Assembly: GCA_964576115.1 (NCBI GenBank)
Contig: CAZNUA010000003.1
Span: forward strand, 79,116-136,009
DNA: 56,894 nucleotides
Direction: 5' to 3'
From: an uncultured Gemmatimonadota bacterium
GTDB lineage: Bacteria; Blakebacterota; Blakebacteria; Blakebacterales; Blakebacteraceae
The notes below the pieces were generated by a model. That model made no database searches. It was not told the origin of the DNA and was given only the letters and a program-made list of their open reading frames with translations. Positions 47,581 through 56,301 of this stretch are shown here, piece after piece (the first letter of the stretch is position 1; every line of letters begins with the position of its first letter). The position numbers and the translations under genes were made by a program.

Positions 47581-48981
47581 ATGCAGACCGGTACGACCCT
47601 GATCCGCGGCGGACGGTCGGTGATCGGCACCACCGTCGTCCGTCAGGACATCCTGATCCGGGAGGAGAAGATCTGCGCCGTGGGAGATCTGGGCGATCGT
47701 GAGGCCGGCACCGTCATCGACGCCGACGGTCTGCTCGTCCTGCCCGGCGGAGTCGATACCCACGTGCATTTCAACGACGTCTTCATGGGCACGGTCAGCG
47801 TGCACGATTACGAATCGGGAACCCGGGCCGCTGCTTTCGGAGGAACCACCAGCGTGGTCGATTTCTCCAACCAGGTCCCCGGCGGCACCCTGGCCAAAAC
47901 CCTGGCAGACAAGCGCGAGGAATCCGACGGTCGGGCCTGCATCGATTTCGGGGTCCACCCCGTCATCACCGAGCCCACCGACGCCACCCTGGCCGAAGTA
48001 CCCGCCATGGTCGAAGCGGGTGCCCCGACGATCAAATGTTACATGACCTACCGCGAAGACGGCCTGCTGATCGAAAAGAAGGATCTCGAGCGTATCGCCC
48101 GCAGCCTCACCGAGGCTGGGGGCATGCTCATGCTCCACGCCGAGGACAACGACCTGGCCGAAGCGGGAATTGCCCGCGAGCTGGAGGCCGGGCGGACCGC
48201 CCCGATCTATCACGCCCATTCCAAACCACCCGAGGTGGAAGCTGCGGCGATCCGGAACATCGTGGCCATGGCCGGGGCCACCGGCGGCAAGTTTTTCGTG
48301 GTCCACCTGGCCAGCGCCGAAGGACTCGAGCTGATCACCGCCGCCCGTGCCGAGGGTCTGGACATTACCGCCGAGACCTGCACCCATTACCTGGTCTTCA
48401 CCGAGGCCGAACTCGAGCGCGAGGATGGCATCAAGTGGATCTGTTCGCCTCCCCTGCGCGATGCCGACACTCGAGAGGTGCTCTGGCAGGCCGTCACCGA
48501 TGACCATATCGCCATGGTTACCTCCGATGACGCCGCCTATTCGTGGGAGGCCAAATTGATGGGACGGAACAACTTCGCCGAGTGTCCCAACGGCATCCCC
48601 GGCATCGAACCGCGCTATCAGATCCTCTATTCCGAAGGGGTGGCCGGGGGCCGGATCAGTCTGGAGCGCTTCGTCGAAATCACTGCCGCGGCCCCGGCCC
48701 GTCTCTTTGGACTGGCGCCGCAGAAGGGAAGCCTGACGCTGGGGGCCGATGCCGATATCGTTCTTCTCGATCCCGAGGAGCGCTGGATCATGGGACGCGA
48801 GACCCTGCACATGGCCACCGACTGGTCGGCCTATGAGGGGATCGAGATGACCGGACGGGTCAAGAAGGTCCTGAGCCGCGGCGAGGTGATTGTCGATGGT
48901 GACGACTTTCTGGGCCGACCGGGCCGGGGACGATACATCAACCGCAGGCTGGGCGGCGGCGCGGAGCAGAGGATCCTGTGA
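47581..48981 (+). CDS. hydA: Dihydropyrimidinase / D-hydantoinase
   Basis: PGGVDTHVH, GTRAAAFGGTT, IKCYMTY (carboxylated Lys), LHAED, VVHL, ETCTHYL, CSPPLR, PNGIPGIE. Confidence 0.9.
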   Translation: MQTGTTLIRGGRSVIGTTVVRQDILIREEKICAVGDLGDREAGTVIDADGLLVLPGGVDTHVHFNDVFMGTVSVHDYESGTRAAAFGGTTSVVDFSNQVPGGTLAKTLADKREESDGRACIDFGVHPVITEPTDATLAEVPAMVEAGAPTIKCYMTYREDGLLIEKKDLERIARSLTEAGGMLMLHAEDNDLAEAGIARELEAGRTAPIYHAHSKPPEVEAAAIRNIVAMAGATGGKFFVVHLASAEGLELITAARAEGLDITAETCTHYLVFTEAELEREDGIKWICSPPLRDADTREVLWQAVTDDHIAMVTSDDAAYSWEAKLMGRNNFAECPNGIPGIEPRYQILYSEGVAGGRISLERFVEITAAAPARLFGLAPQKGSLTLGADADIVLLDPEERWIMGRETLHMATDWSAYEGIEMTGRVKKVLSRGEVIVDGDDFLGRPGRGRYINRRLGGGAEQRIL

Positions 48982-50426
48982 ACGGGCAAGTAAAAGACCG
49001 AACCAACGATCGATCAGGAGAACGGATCTGGTCGGGGGCTTCGCCCGACGAGGTCCGCCGCGACCTGGAACCACTGATCGAGTTCGTCGAGGAAGGCCGC
49101 GACCTGACCGAGATCGGCCGCTTGCTCGACGAGCGTCTGGCGCCCCACTTGATGCGCTACGATCTGCCGACTTTTCAGTCGATGTTCAACTGCCGCCCCG
49201 AAGTCGGAGCTCTCTTCGGTGCCGAATGGAGCCTGCCCTGGAACCAGGGGGTGACCAACTGGCAGGTTTCCCCCGGGGCGGCGGTACTCGAGGAAATGGC
49301 CTGCGAGGCCCTGGCCTCACTGCTCGGCCTGCCCGGTTTCGGCGGTACGGTGATGTACTGCGGCACCTACGCCAACCAGCAGGCCCTCTACCTGGCCCTG
49401 CACAACCGGGCCGAAAAAGGCGGTTTCGATTACACCACGGCCGGTCTTGAGGGCTTTGCCGATCACGCCCGCCTGGCCGTACTCGTCTCCGAGGACGCTC
49501 ACTTCAGTCTGCGCCATGCCGTGCGTCTGCTCGGCCTGGGCGAGCAGAGCCTGGTGGCGGTGGGGGTGGACGAAAACCGGCGTCTGGATACCGGCGATCT
49601 GCGTGACAAGCTCGCGAAGATGAAAGAAACCGGGGTGCGCGAACCGGTCTGCGTGGTGGCCACGGCCGGTACCACTTCGACCGGTTCGGTCGATCCGCTG
49701 AACGAAATCGCCGCCCTTTGCACCGAACACGACATCTGGCTGCACGTGGACGGCGCTTACGGCCTGGCCTATCGCCTGGTGCCCGAACGGTCCGGGCTCT
49801 TTGCCGGAGCCGAGCGGGCCGATTCGGTCTCGTGGGATCCACACAAACAGTTCGGGGCGCCGATCCCCTCCTCCCTGCTTTTCACCCGACGCCCTGCCGA
49901 CCTCTACCGGATGGCGCTCTTTGCCGACTACTTCAACCGCCCCGACTCGGTCGAACCCAATCCGGGCACCAAATCCGTGCCCTCGACCCGTCCCTTCACG
50001 GCCCTGCCGATCGTGACCAGCATCCTGCACCGGGGACTGGCCGGGGTGCGGGCCGACCTGGCCCAGCCCGTGAACGTCATGGAGGCCCTGCACGCTTTCC
50101 TCGACAGCCAGACCGACACCGAGCCACTGCACGCCCCCGATACCGGCATCCAGTGCTTCCGCATCATCCCCGCCGGGGTGCCCCCCGAGCGCCTGAACGA
50201 ACTGCAGACCCTGATCTATCGCAACCTGCTGGCTGCGGGGGAGCGCTCGCTTTCGATCACCGGTCTGGGAGAGGTGACCGCCCTGCGGCTGGTGAGCGTG
50301 GCCACCGCCGTCACCCTGCCCGACGCTGTGGCCACGGTCGAGGCCGCCCGGGCCGAGGCGGAGCGGATCATGGCAGAGGATTCCGGGCCATGGATGACCG
50401 AAGCTGATTCGGAGAGTGGCTCGTGA
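48978..50426 (+). CDS. Group II PLP-dependent decarboxylase (DABA/aromatic amino acid decarboxylase-like)
   Basis: GTYAN, AHFSL, ATAGTTSTGSVDPL, WLHVDGAYG, DSVSWDPHKQ (PLP Lys). Confidence 0.88.
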   Translation: MNGQVKDRTNDRSGERIWSGASPDEVRRDLEPLIEFVEEGRDLTEIGRLLDERLAPHLMRYDLPTFQSMFNCRPEVGALFGAEWSLPWNQGVTNWQVSPGAAVLEEMACEALASLLGLPGFGGTVMYCGTYANQQALYLALHNRAEKGGFDYTTAGLEGFADHARLAVLVSEDAHFSLRHAVRLLGLGEQSLVAVGVDENRRLDTGDLRDKLAKMKETGVREPVCVVATAGTTSTGSVDPLNEIAALCTEHDIWLHVDGAYGLAYRLVPERSGLFAGAERADSVSWDPHKQFGAPIPSSLLFTRRPADLYRMALFADYFNRPDSVEPNPGTKSVPSTRPFTALPIVTSILHRGLAGVRADLAQPVNVMEALHAFLDSQTDTEPLHAPDTGIQCFRIIPAGVPPERLNELQTLIYRNLLAAGERSLSITGLGEVTALRLVSVATAVTLPDAVATVEAARAEAERIMAEDSGPWMTEADSESGS

Positions 50427-51901
50427 TCGATTCCATCCTGACCGCCGCCGAGTTCGTGAACGAATTGCTCTGGGGACCGTGGACGGTGGCCCTGGTCGCC
50501 CTGGTGGCGGTCTACCTCACCATCCGGACCCGCTTCTTCCAGCTCCGCCGCCTCGGTCTCATTATCCGCACTACCTTCGGCAGCCTGCTGCGGGGCGGAC
50601 GGGTCGAAACAGCCGGTCCGGACGGCATTGAAGCAAGCAGGAAGATTGTCTCCGACTCCGGTCGTGGCCGGATGACTCCTTTTCAGGCCACCTCCACCGC
50701 TCTGGCCAGCACGGTCGGCATGGGGAGCATCGCCGGGGTGGCAACCGCGCTCTCGATCGGCGGCCCCGGGGCGATTTTCTGGATGTGGCTGCTGGCCCTG
50801 CTGGGCACCATCACCAAGACCGCCGAAATCACCCTGGCGGTACACTACCGCGACATCGATCCCACCGGGCGCATCCGGGGCGGGCCGATGTACTACATCA
50901 GCCGTGGGCTGGGCTGGCCGGCCCTGGGGGGACTCTTCAGCCTGGGGATCTTCATCAACTCTCTGTGCAGCGCATCCCTGCTGCAGGCTCACACCGTCGG
51001 CCGGGCCTTCCTGAAAAGCTACAGCCTCAGCCCCTACCTGGTCACCGGCGCCATGACGCTCATCACCATCGTGGTCGCAGTGGGCGGAGTGCGCCGGATC
51101 GGGCGGGTGAGCGAGCGGCTGGTGCCGTTGATGGCGGTGGTCTATGTCCTGGCCGGGCTGACGCTCATGATCACCAACCTGGGGCAGGTGCCCGAGGTCT
51201 TCGGACTCATTGTCCGCAGTGCCTTTGCGCCGGCTCCGGCTGTGGGAGGATTCGCCGGCGCGGCGGTGGCCCTGGCCCTGCGCGAGGGGATCGCCAAGGG
51301 GATGTTCGGCAACGAAGCGGGTCTGGGCACGGCCCCGATCGCCCACGCCACGGCCGAAACCGATCACCCCTTCCGGCAGGGCATGTGGGGAGCCTTCGAG
51401 GTCTTCATCGTGACCTTCGTGATCTGCACCATCACCTCTTTCGCGGTTCTCTCCACCGGCACCCTGGGCAGCGGGGAGTCGGGAATCGAACTCGTGATCA
51501 CGGCCTTCACCTCTCTCTTCGGTGCGGTGGCGGCCGAAAATATCATCAGCTTCTGCATTCTGACTTTCTGCCTGACCACCATGATCGGCTTCTTCATCTA
51601 CTTCGAAACCGCCGGGGTGAACCTCTTCGGCCTGCGGGCCATGCGCTGGCTGCGCTGGCTTTACTTCATTCCGCCGGTCGTCTTTGCCGGAGTGACCGAC
51701 GTGGACCGGCTCTGGGCCTTCGCCAATATCGCCGTGGGGGTTTGCGCCATCCCCAACCTGATTGCTGTCCTGGCCCTGAGCGGGGTTTTCCTGACCCTGA
51801 TGCGCGATTTCATCGAAAAGAAGATGACCTACCGCACCGCCGCGACCGACGGTACCACGGCCTGGGTGGTGAATAAATTGCGGGGACAACAACCGAAATG
51901 A
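50423..51901 (+). CDS. Alanine/glycine:cation symporter (AGCS family)
   Basis: TPFQA, VGMGSIAGVA, GGPGAIFWMW, GGPMYY, NEAGLG, ICTIT, IPNLIA. Confidence 0.93.
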   Translation: MIDSILTAAEFVNELLWGPWTVALVALVAVYLTIRTRFFQLRRLGLIIRTTFGSLLRGGRVETAGPDGIEASRKIVSDSGRGRMTPFQATSTALASTVGMGSIAGVATALSIGGPGAIFWMWLLALLGTITKTAEITLAVHYRDIDPTGRIRGGPMYYISRGLGWPALGGLFSLGIFINSLCSASLLQAHTVGRAFLKSYSLSPYLVTGAMTLITIVVAVGGVRRIGRVSERLVPLMAVVYVLAGLTLMITNLGQVPEVFGLIVRSAFAPAPAVGGFAGAAVALALREGIAKGMFGNEAGLGTAPIAHATAETDHPFRQGMWGAFEVFIVTFVICTITSFAVLSTGTLGSGESGIELVITAFTSLFGAVAAENIISFCILTFCLTTMIGFFIYFETAGVNLFGLRAMRWLRWLYFIPPVVFAGVTDVDRLWAFANIAVGVCAIPNLIAVLALSGVFLTLMRDFIEKKMTYRTAATDGTTAWVVNKLRGQQPK

Positions 51902-51939
51902 ACAATTTGTACAATTAATACAACAAAGGAATCCGATCC

Positions 51940-52434
51940 GTGAGCGACGACCTGCAGATCGACCGGCTGAGCTTTGAACTGGGTATGATCAACTGTTTCG
52001 CCGAAATGGTGGCAGCCGGGGTCAAAGAGCTGGCCATTAGCCCCCCCCTGCTGCCCGCCGATTACGAGCGCCTCAAGGAGGCCTCGGAAGAGATCGTCCG
52101 GCGCTCGGGGATTCAGTCCCACCTCGAGACCTCGCTGATCGTCACGGCCCTGCAGTCGGCCGAATTCACCCGGGGGAAGTGGTCGGTGCTCTACTACCGT
52201 GATGAGGCCACCCTCGAAGCCTACCTGGCCCTGAAACGCAAGCAGGCGCGGCTGCAGGAATCGGGGCAGTACGGCGCCGAAGCCGAACGCGAGATCTCGT
52301 CAGAGTTCATGCGTCTGTTGAGCTATCCCGAAGAAACCATCCAGGCTCGTCTGGCGGCCGCGGTACCGACCGATCCGTACATGCATGTGCAGGCAGAAGA
52401 CGCTTCGCACCAGGATACGGCAGGAGACGAGTGA
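51940..52434 (+). CDS. Hypothetical protein within the catabolic operon
   Basis: RBS AAGGA, coding-like GC3, overlaps the racemase start; no family recognised. Confidence 0.75.
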   Translation: MSDDLQIDRLSFELGMINCFAEMVAAGVKELAISPPLLPADYERLKEASEEIVRRSGIQSHLETSLIVTALQSAEFTRGKWSVLYYRDEATLEAYLALKRKQARLQESGQYGAEAEREISSEFMRLLSYPEETIQARLAAAVPTDPYMHVQAEDASHQDTAGDE

Positions 52435-53111
52435 TGCAGATCCTCCTGATCAATCCCAATTCCGATCCCGACATGACGGCTGCCATTCACTCTGTCGCCG
52501 AACAATTCGCCGGCAATGACTTCACGGTCGTGACTAAAGCCACCCCGGGGGCGCCGCAGTTTATCGAGACCTACCAGGACGAAGTGCTAGCCGCCCCCGG
52601 TATGATGCAGCTGGTGCGGGTCAACGAGGCCGAGGTCGATGCCTTCGTGGTGGCCTGCCACTGCGATCCGAATCTCGACGCCCTCAAGGAGATGACGGAA
52701 AGACCGGTGGTGGGTATCGGCGAGGCCTCGATGAAGCTGGCCACTATGCTCGGGCACTCCTTCAGTGTGGTTACCACCCACCAGCACTCGATACCCGGCA
52801 AGCTCGTCCAGGCCCGTGCCTACCACATGCAGGACCAGCTGGCTTCGGTCCGCGCCCCGGCGAAGGGTGAGGAGAACCTCGCCGACGCCGAGCTGTTCCT
52901 CGAACTGTCGCGCCGGGCGATCGAGGAGGATCGGGCCGAGGTGATCGTGCTGGGCTGCGCCGGACTCTCGGGCATGGATTCTCGTATCGGTTCAGAGCTC
53001 GGGGTGCCGGTCCTCGACGGGGTAAAATGCGCCCTGGCAGTAGCCACGGGCCTGCTGCGCTGCGGTCTGTCGACCAGCAAGGTGCTGGGGTACAATCCCG
53101 AGTACGAGTAA
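52434..53111 (+). CDS. Asp/Glu/hydantoin racemase family (hydantoin/allantoin racemase-like)
   Basis: ILLINPNS, ACHCDP and LGCAG (two catalytic Cys), PVVGIGEAS, VPVLDGV. Confidence 0.9.
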   Translation: MQILLINPNSDPDMTAAIHSVAEQFAGNDFTVVTKATPGAPQFIETYQDEVLAAPGMMQLVRVNEAEVDAFVVACHCDPNLDALKEMTERPVVGIGEASMKLATMLGHSFSVVTTHQHSIPGKLVQARAYHMQDQLASVRAPAKGEENLADAELFLELSRRAIEEDRAEVIVLGCAGLSGMDSRIGSELGVPVLDGVKCALAVATGLLRCGLSTSKVLGYNPEYE

Positions 53112-53123
53112 AATGACGGGGTG

Positions 53124-54812
53124 ATGGGGATCCCGATCACCGACAGAGGCGGCGACGTCAGGATCTACGGCGAAGGTTCGCCGGGAGGCAAGGGGACCGG
53201 CCTGGCCCTGATCAACGCCTGTTCGATCCCCGAAGCGGAGAAGATCCCGACCCGGGTTCTGAGCACGGCTTTCTTCGACCGCTACCGCGATCGCGACGGA
53301 TCCATTGCAACCGAAGACGAAGAGGTCATCGCCGCTATCCTGGCCGACCTGGGCCCCGTTCCAGTCGGCGTGCGCAGCTCGGCCACCGACGAGGCCGGGG
53401 GCGAGGAGGGGGGACGGGATCAGCTCCACGCCGGGGAATATCTCTCCTACATGCTGCCCAACAACCATCCCGATCCAGGGGTGCGCCTGGGCCAGGTCCG
53501 CCGGGCGGTCGAACTCATCTACACCGACTTCATCACCCGCCGGGGCCCGGTAAGTGCCGAAAAGATGGCCATCCTGATCAATCCCATCCCCGGCATCACC
53601 GATGAAACCGACGCCGGTCCCTGCTACTACCCCTGTGTTTCGGGGGTGGCCAACTCGTTTTTTCCCTACGCCCTGAAGACCCAGGATCCCGCCGATGGCT
53701 TCGCCCGGATCGCCTTCGGGCACGGCTATGCCACCATCCTCGATGATTTCCCGATCATCTCAATGGCCACCATCCGGGAGCCGGTGCCGCTCAAACTGAT
53801 GCAGAGCGGAAACCGCCAGCAGCGGTTCTACGCCCTGAACCTGTCCCGGAACACCGATCTGGGCGGGGACGAACTCGAGACCATGGAAATCCTGCACACC
53901 CGTTTCGCCGGCCAACGCCTGCTCGATGTGCTCGGGGTCGAGAACCACAGGGTCACCATGGAGAATCTGATCCAGGAGGACCGCTTTGCCTTCCGGACCC
54001 GGCTCAACGCCATCATGGACGCCATCCGGGCCCGCATCACCCCACACTTCCAGATCGAGTTCGTCTTCAACCTGAATCCGGACGAACTGACCGATACAAC
54101 CGGCTCAGATGCGGAGAGGGGTACTTTTCATATTGTCCAGCTCACTCTGCTGCCCGAACTGCGCCACGATGCGGTCCGTATCCCCGAGGAGTCCGGGCGG
54201 GTGATGCTCGATATCGCCAATTCCCAGGGCCACGGGGTCCAATCCGATATCCGGCACGCGGTGGTCATCTCACCCTTCACCTACTCGCGCGACCGCCACG
54301 ACGAGGTCCGAGCCGGGGTAGCCGAGATAAACCGCCGCCTGGAAGAAGCGGGAGAACGCTATATCCTGGTCGTGCCCGGCCGGTTGGGCACGACCAATCG
54401 CGACTGGGGGATTTATCTGGAATATCGCGAGGTCAGCGGCGCTGCGGCCATCTTCGAGTACGGGGTGGACATCGCCGGACGGGCCGAGCCCCTGCCCGAA
54501 GAGGGGAGCCTGACCGGCGGGATTTACGGCAGCCACTTCCTGTATATGATCCAGGGCGGTTATGACGAGGATCAGAGGAGGATGCAGACCCGCATGTACG
54601 GTACCCAGGGCACCCATTTCCTGACCAACCTGGTCGCCAACAACATCATCTACGGCTTCATCGCTCCCGACGCGGACTTTCTCAATCCCTGGTTCTTCTC
54701 CGGTATCTCGCCGGGCGAGGCCCTGGCTGAACTCACCTTCCCCGCCCCGGTCACGGTCTATGCCGATTCGATCAATCAGTTCTGCAAGGTGATCGCCGAT
54801 CATGACGGTTGA
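53124..54812 (+). CDS. PEP-synthase/PPDK N-terminal (ATP-grasp) domain protein without a recognisable phospho-His domain
   Basis: GGKGTGL, VRSSATDE, AGEYLSYMLPN, EKMAIL, SGVANS, AFGHG, IEFVFN, PGRLG, QGTHF; no GGxxSH swivel motif seen. Confidence 0.8.
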   Translation: MGIPITDRGGDVRIYGEGSPGGKGTGLALINACSIPEAEKIPTRVLSTAFFDRYRDRDGSIATEDEEVIAAILADLGPVPVGVRSSATDEAGGEEGGRDQLHAGEYLSYMLPNNHPDPGVRLGQVRRAVELIYTDFITRRGPVSAEKMAILINPIPGITDETDAGPCYYPCVSGVANSFFPYALKTQDPADGFARIAFGHGYATILDDFPIISMATIREPVPLKLMQSGNRQQRFYALNLSRNTDLGGDELETMEILHTRFAGQRLLDVLGVENHRVTMENLIQEDRFAFRTRLNAIMDAIRARITPHFQIEFVFNLNPDELTDTTGSDAERGTFHIVQLTLLPELRHDAVRIPEESGRVMLDIANSQGHGVQSDIRHAVVISPFTYSRDRHDEVRAGVAEINRRLEEAGERYILVVPGRLGTTNRDWGIYLEYREVSGAAAIFEYGVDIAGRAEPLPEEGSLTGGIYGSHFLYMIQGGYDEDQRRMQTRMYGTQGTHFLTNLVANNIIYGFIAPDADFLNPWFFSGISPGEALAELTFPAPVTVYADSINQFCKVIADHDG

Positions 54813-56253
54813 AGGCCTGCCGGCAGCCGACCGCACCGGGGATTTCCCCTTCGTGCCCCGGATTATCAATCCGATCAAGATCTCTCAGGCCGTCGTCTTC
54901 GCCGGCGAAACACTCATCCGTGACGCCACGGCCGGCCTGCGCGAGGAAATGCCCTGGCTCGAATCCGTAGTGCTGGCCGATCCCGCCACGGCCACGAACT
55001 TCGAAGCCGACGGCGCGGCGGTCTTCATCTTCGACGACACCGCTCTGCCCTTCGTGGATACCACCACGATCCGGGCCAACAACCCGCAGGCCGCGATCGT
55101 CCTGCTCTCGGCCAATCCCTTCATTCAGTGCTCCCCGCCCCGGCCGGCCGGCGAGCGCTACCCCTGGACGGCCGGGGCCGATCTCATCTTCGCCTACGAC
55201 ACCACCGAGCTGCTGCCCCGGATCCTCATCACCCCGGTGGTACGGGCGGCTGAAGATCTGATCAATATCCGGGCGGCATCGGATGTGCGGCGCTTCATCT
55301 TCCTGGTCGTGGATGACGAACCGCGCTGGTTCTCCCAGTTCCTGCCGGTGCTCTACAGCATCATCGCCCAGCGGGCCTGCGTCATGGTTACCCGCACCTT
55401 CGAGCAGGCCCTGCAGTTCCTTCTGGCTGCCGAGCGCGAGGAGGATATCGCCCCGAAGACCATGCGTTCCGAAGGCCACGCCAAGGACGTGGTTTTCCTG
55501 ATCACCGACATCTTCTTCCCCCGGGGTGAAGAGCCCGAGAGCGATGCCGGTCGCGACCTGATCCGGATCGTCAACCACCACTACCCGCGGATTCCGATCG
55601 TCATCGCTTCCAAGGCCGAGGAAGCCGAGTCCTTCCGCGATCAGGCCTTCATCCTGCCCAAAGGAGATCCGGGCTCGCTGGAGGAGCTCAACGAGTACAT
55701 CCGCGATTTTTCCGGTATGGGTGACTTCCTGATCAGGGACAAACAGGGGCGGGAGCTGCACCGGTTGAAGAATATTCGCGAACTCTACGAGATCATCCTG
55801 GCCGCTGATTCCGAAGAACCCGAAGCAGGAGAACTGCGTGGTGTCATTGAAGCCTACGCCCGCAAAGACCGCTTCTCGACCTGGCTCTACATGCACGGCT
55901 ACCGCGAGCTGGCCGACATACTGCGACCCCGCCACACCAGAGGCCGGGAACTGACCACCCTCCTGAAGGAGAGCCTGCGAGCCCAGATCGAACAGCTCGA
56001 ACACACCCCCCTTATCGTTGGCGAGAACCGGATCACCTCCCTGACCGATCTCCTGGACTTCCTGCGCGCCGCTTCAGAGGAGGACATTCAGCCCCTGTCG
56101 GATAATGACGTTTTCTCCAGCTGGCTCGACCGTAAGGGCTACTCCGAACTGGCCGAGCAGTTGCGCCCCATCCATGGTAGCGGCGAGGAGCTGCGGCAGC
56201 GGCTGGTGGAGGTGATCGGGAAGTGGCAGGACGGTTGCGGGGCTCCAGAGTGA
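54802..56253 (+). CDS. Receiver-domain protein with tandem C-terminal helical repeats (DUF5752-like)
   Basis: LVVDDE, LITDIFFP, IASK and LPK receiver residues; GMGDFLIRD; two repeats, FSTWLYMHGYRELADILRP and FSSWLDRKGYSELAEQLRP. Confidence 0.75.
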   Translation: MTVEGLPAADRTGDFPFVPRIINPIKISQAVVFAGETLIRDATAGLREEMPWLESVVLADPATATNFEADGAAVFIFDDTALPFVDTTTIRANNPQAAIVLLSANPFIQCSPPRPAGERYPWTAGADLIFAYDTTELLPRILITPVVRAAEDLINIRAASDVRRFIFLVVDDEPRWFSQFLPVLYSIIAQRACVMVTRTFEQALQFLLAAEREEDIAPKTMRSEGHAKDVVFLITDIFFPRGEEPESDAGRDLIRIVNHHYPRIPIVIASKAEEAESFRDQAFILPKGDPGSLEELNEYIRDFSGMGDFLIRDKQGRELHRLKNIRELYEIILAADSEEPEAGELRGVIEAYARKDRFSTWLYMHGYRELADILRPRHTRGRELTTLLKESLRAQIEQLEHTPLIVGENRITSLTDLLDFLRAASEEDIQPLSDNDVFSSWLDRKGYSELAEQLRPIHGSGEELRQRLVEVIGKWQDGCGAPE

Positions 56254-56301
56254 TAATCCTGTGAGTCTGCTCTATGGATATCAAATCCGGACGGATCTCC
56301 G

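Noticed and set aside
44646-47633. 995-aa minus-strand ORF and similar long antisense ORFs (825-2075, 14831-16411, 30201-33728, 43099-45033, 47473-49074, 50216-51892)
   Set aside because: Shadow ORFs opposite well-supported genes in high-GC DNA; no recognisable motifs.
46215-50426. Ectoine or siderophore biosynthesis cluster (EctB/Dat-like plus decarboxylase)
   Set aside because: No EctA/EctC, NIS synthetase, NRPS, monooxygenase or TonB receptor in the window.
53124-54812. Annotation as ppsA/ppdK
   Set aside because: Only the N-terminal ATP-binding region is recognisable; the phospho-His and PEP/pyruvate domains are not seen.
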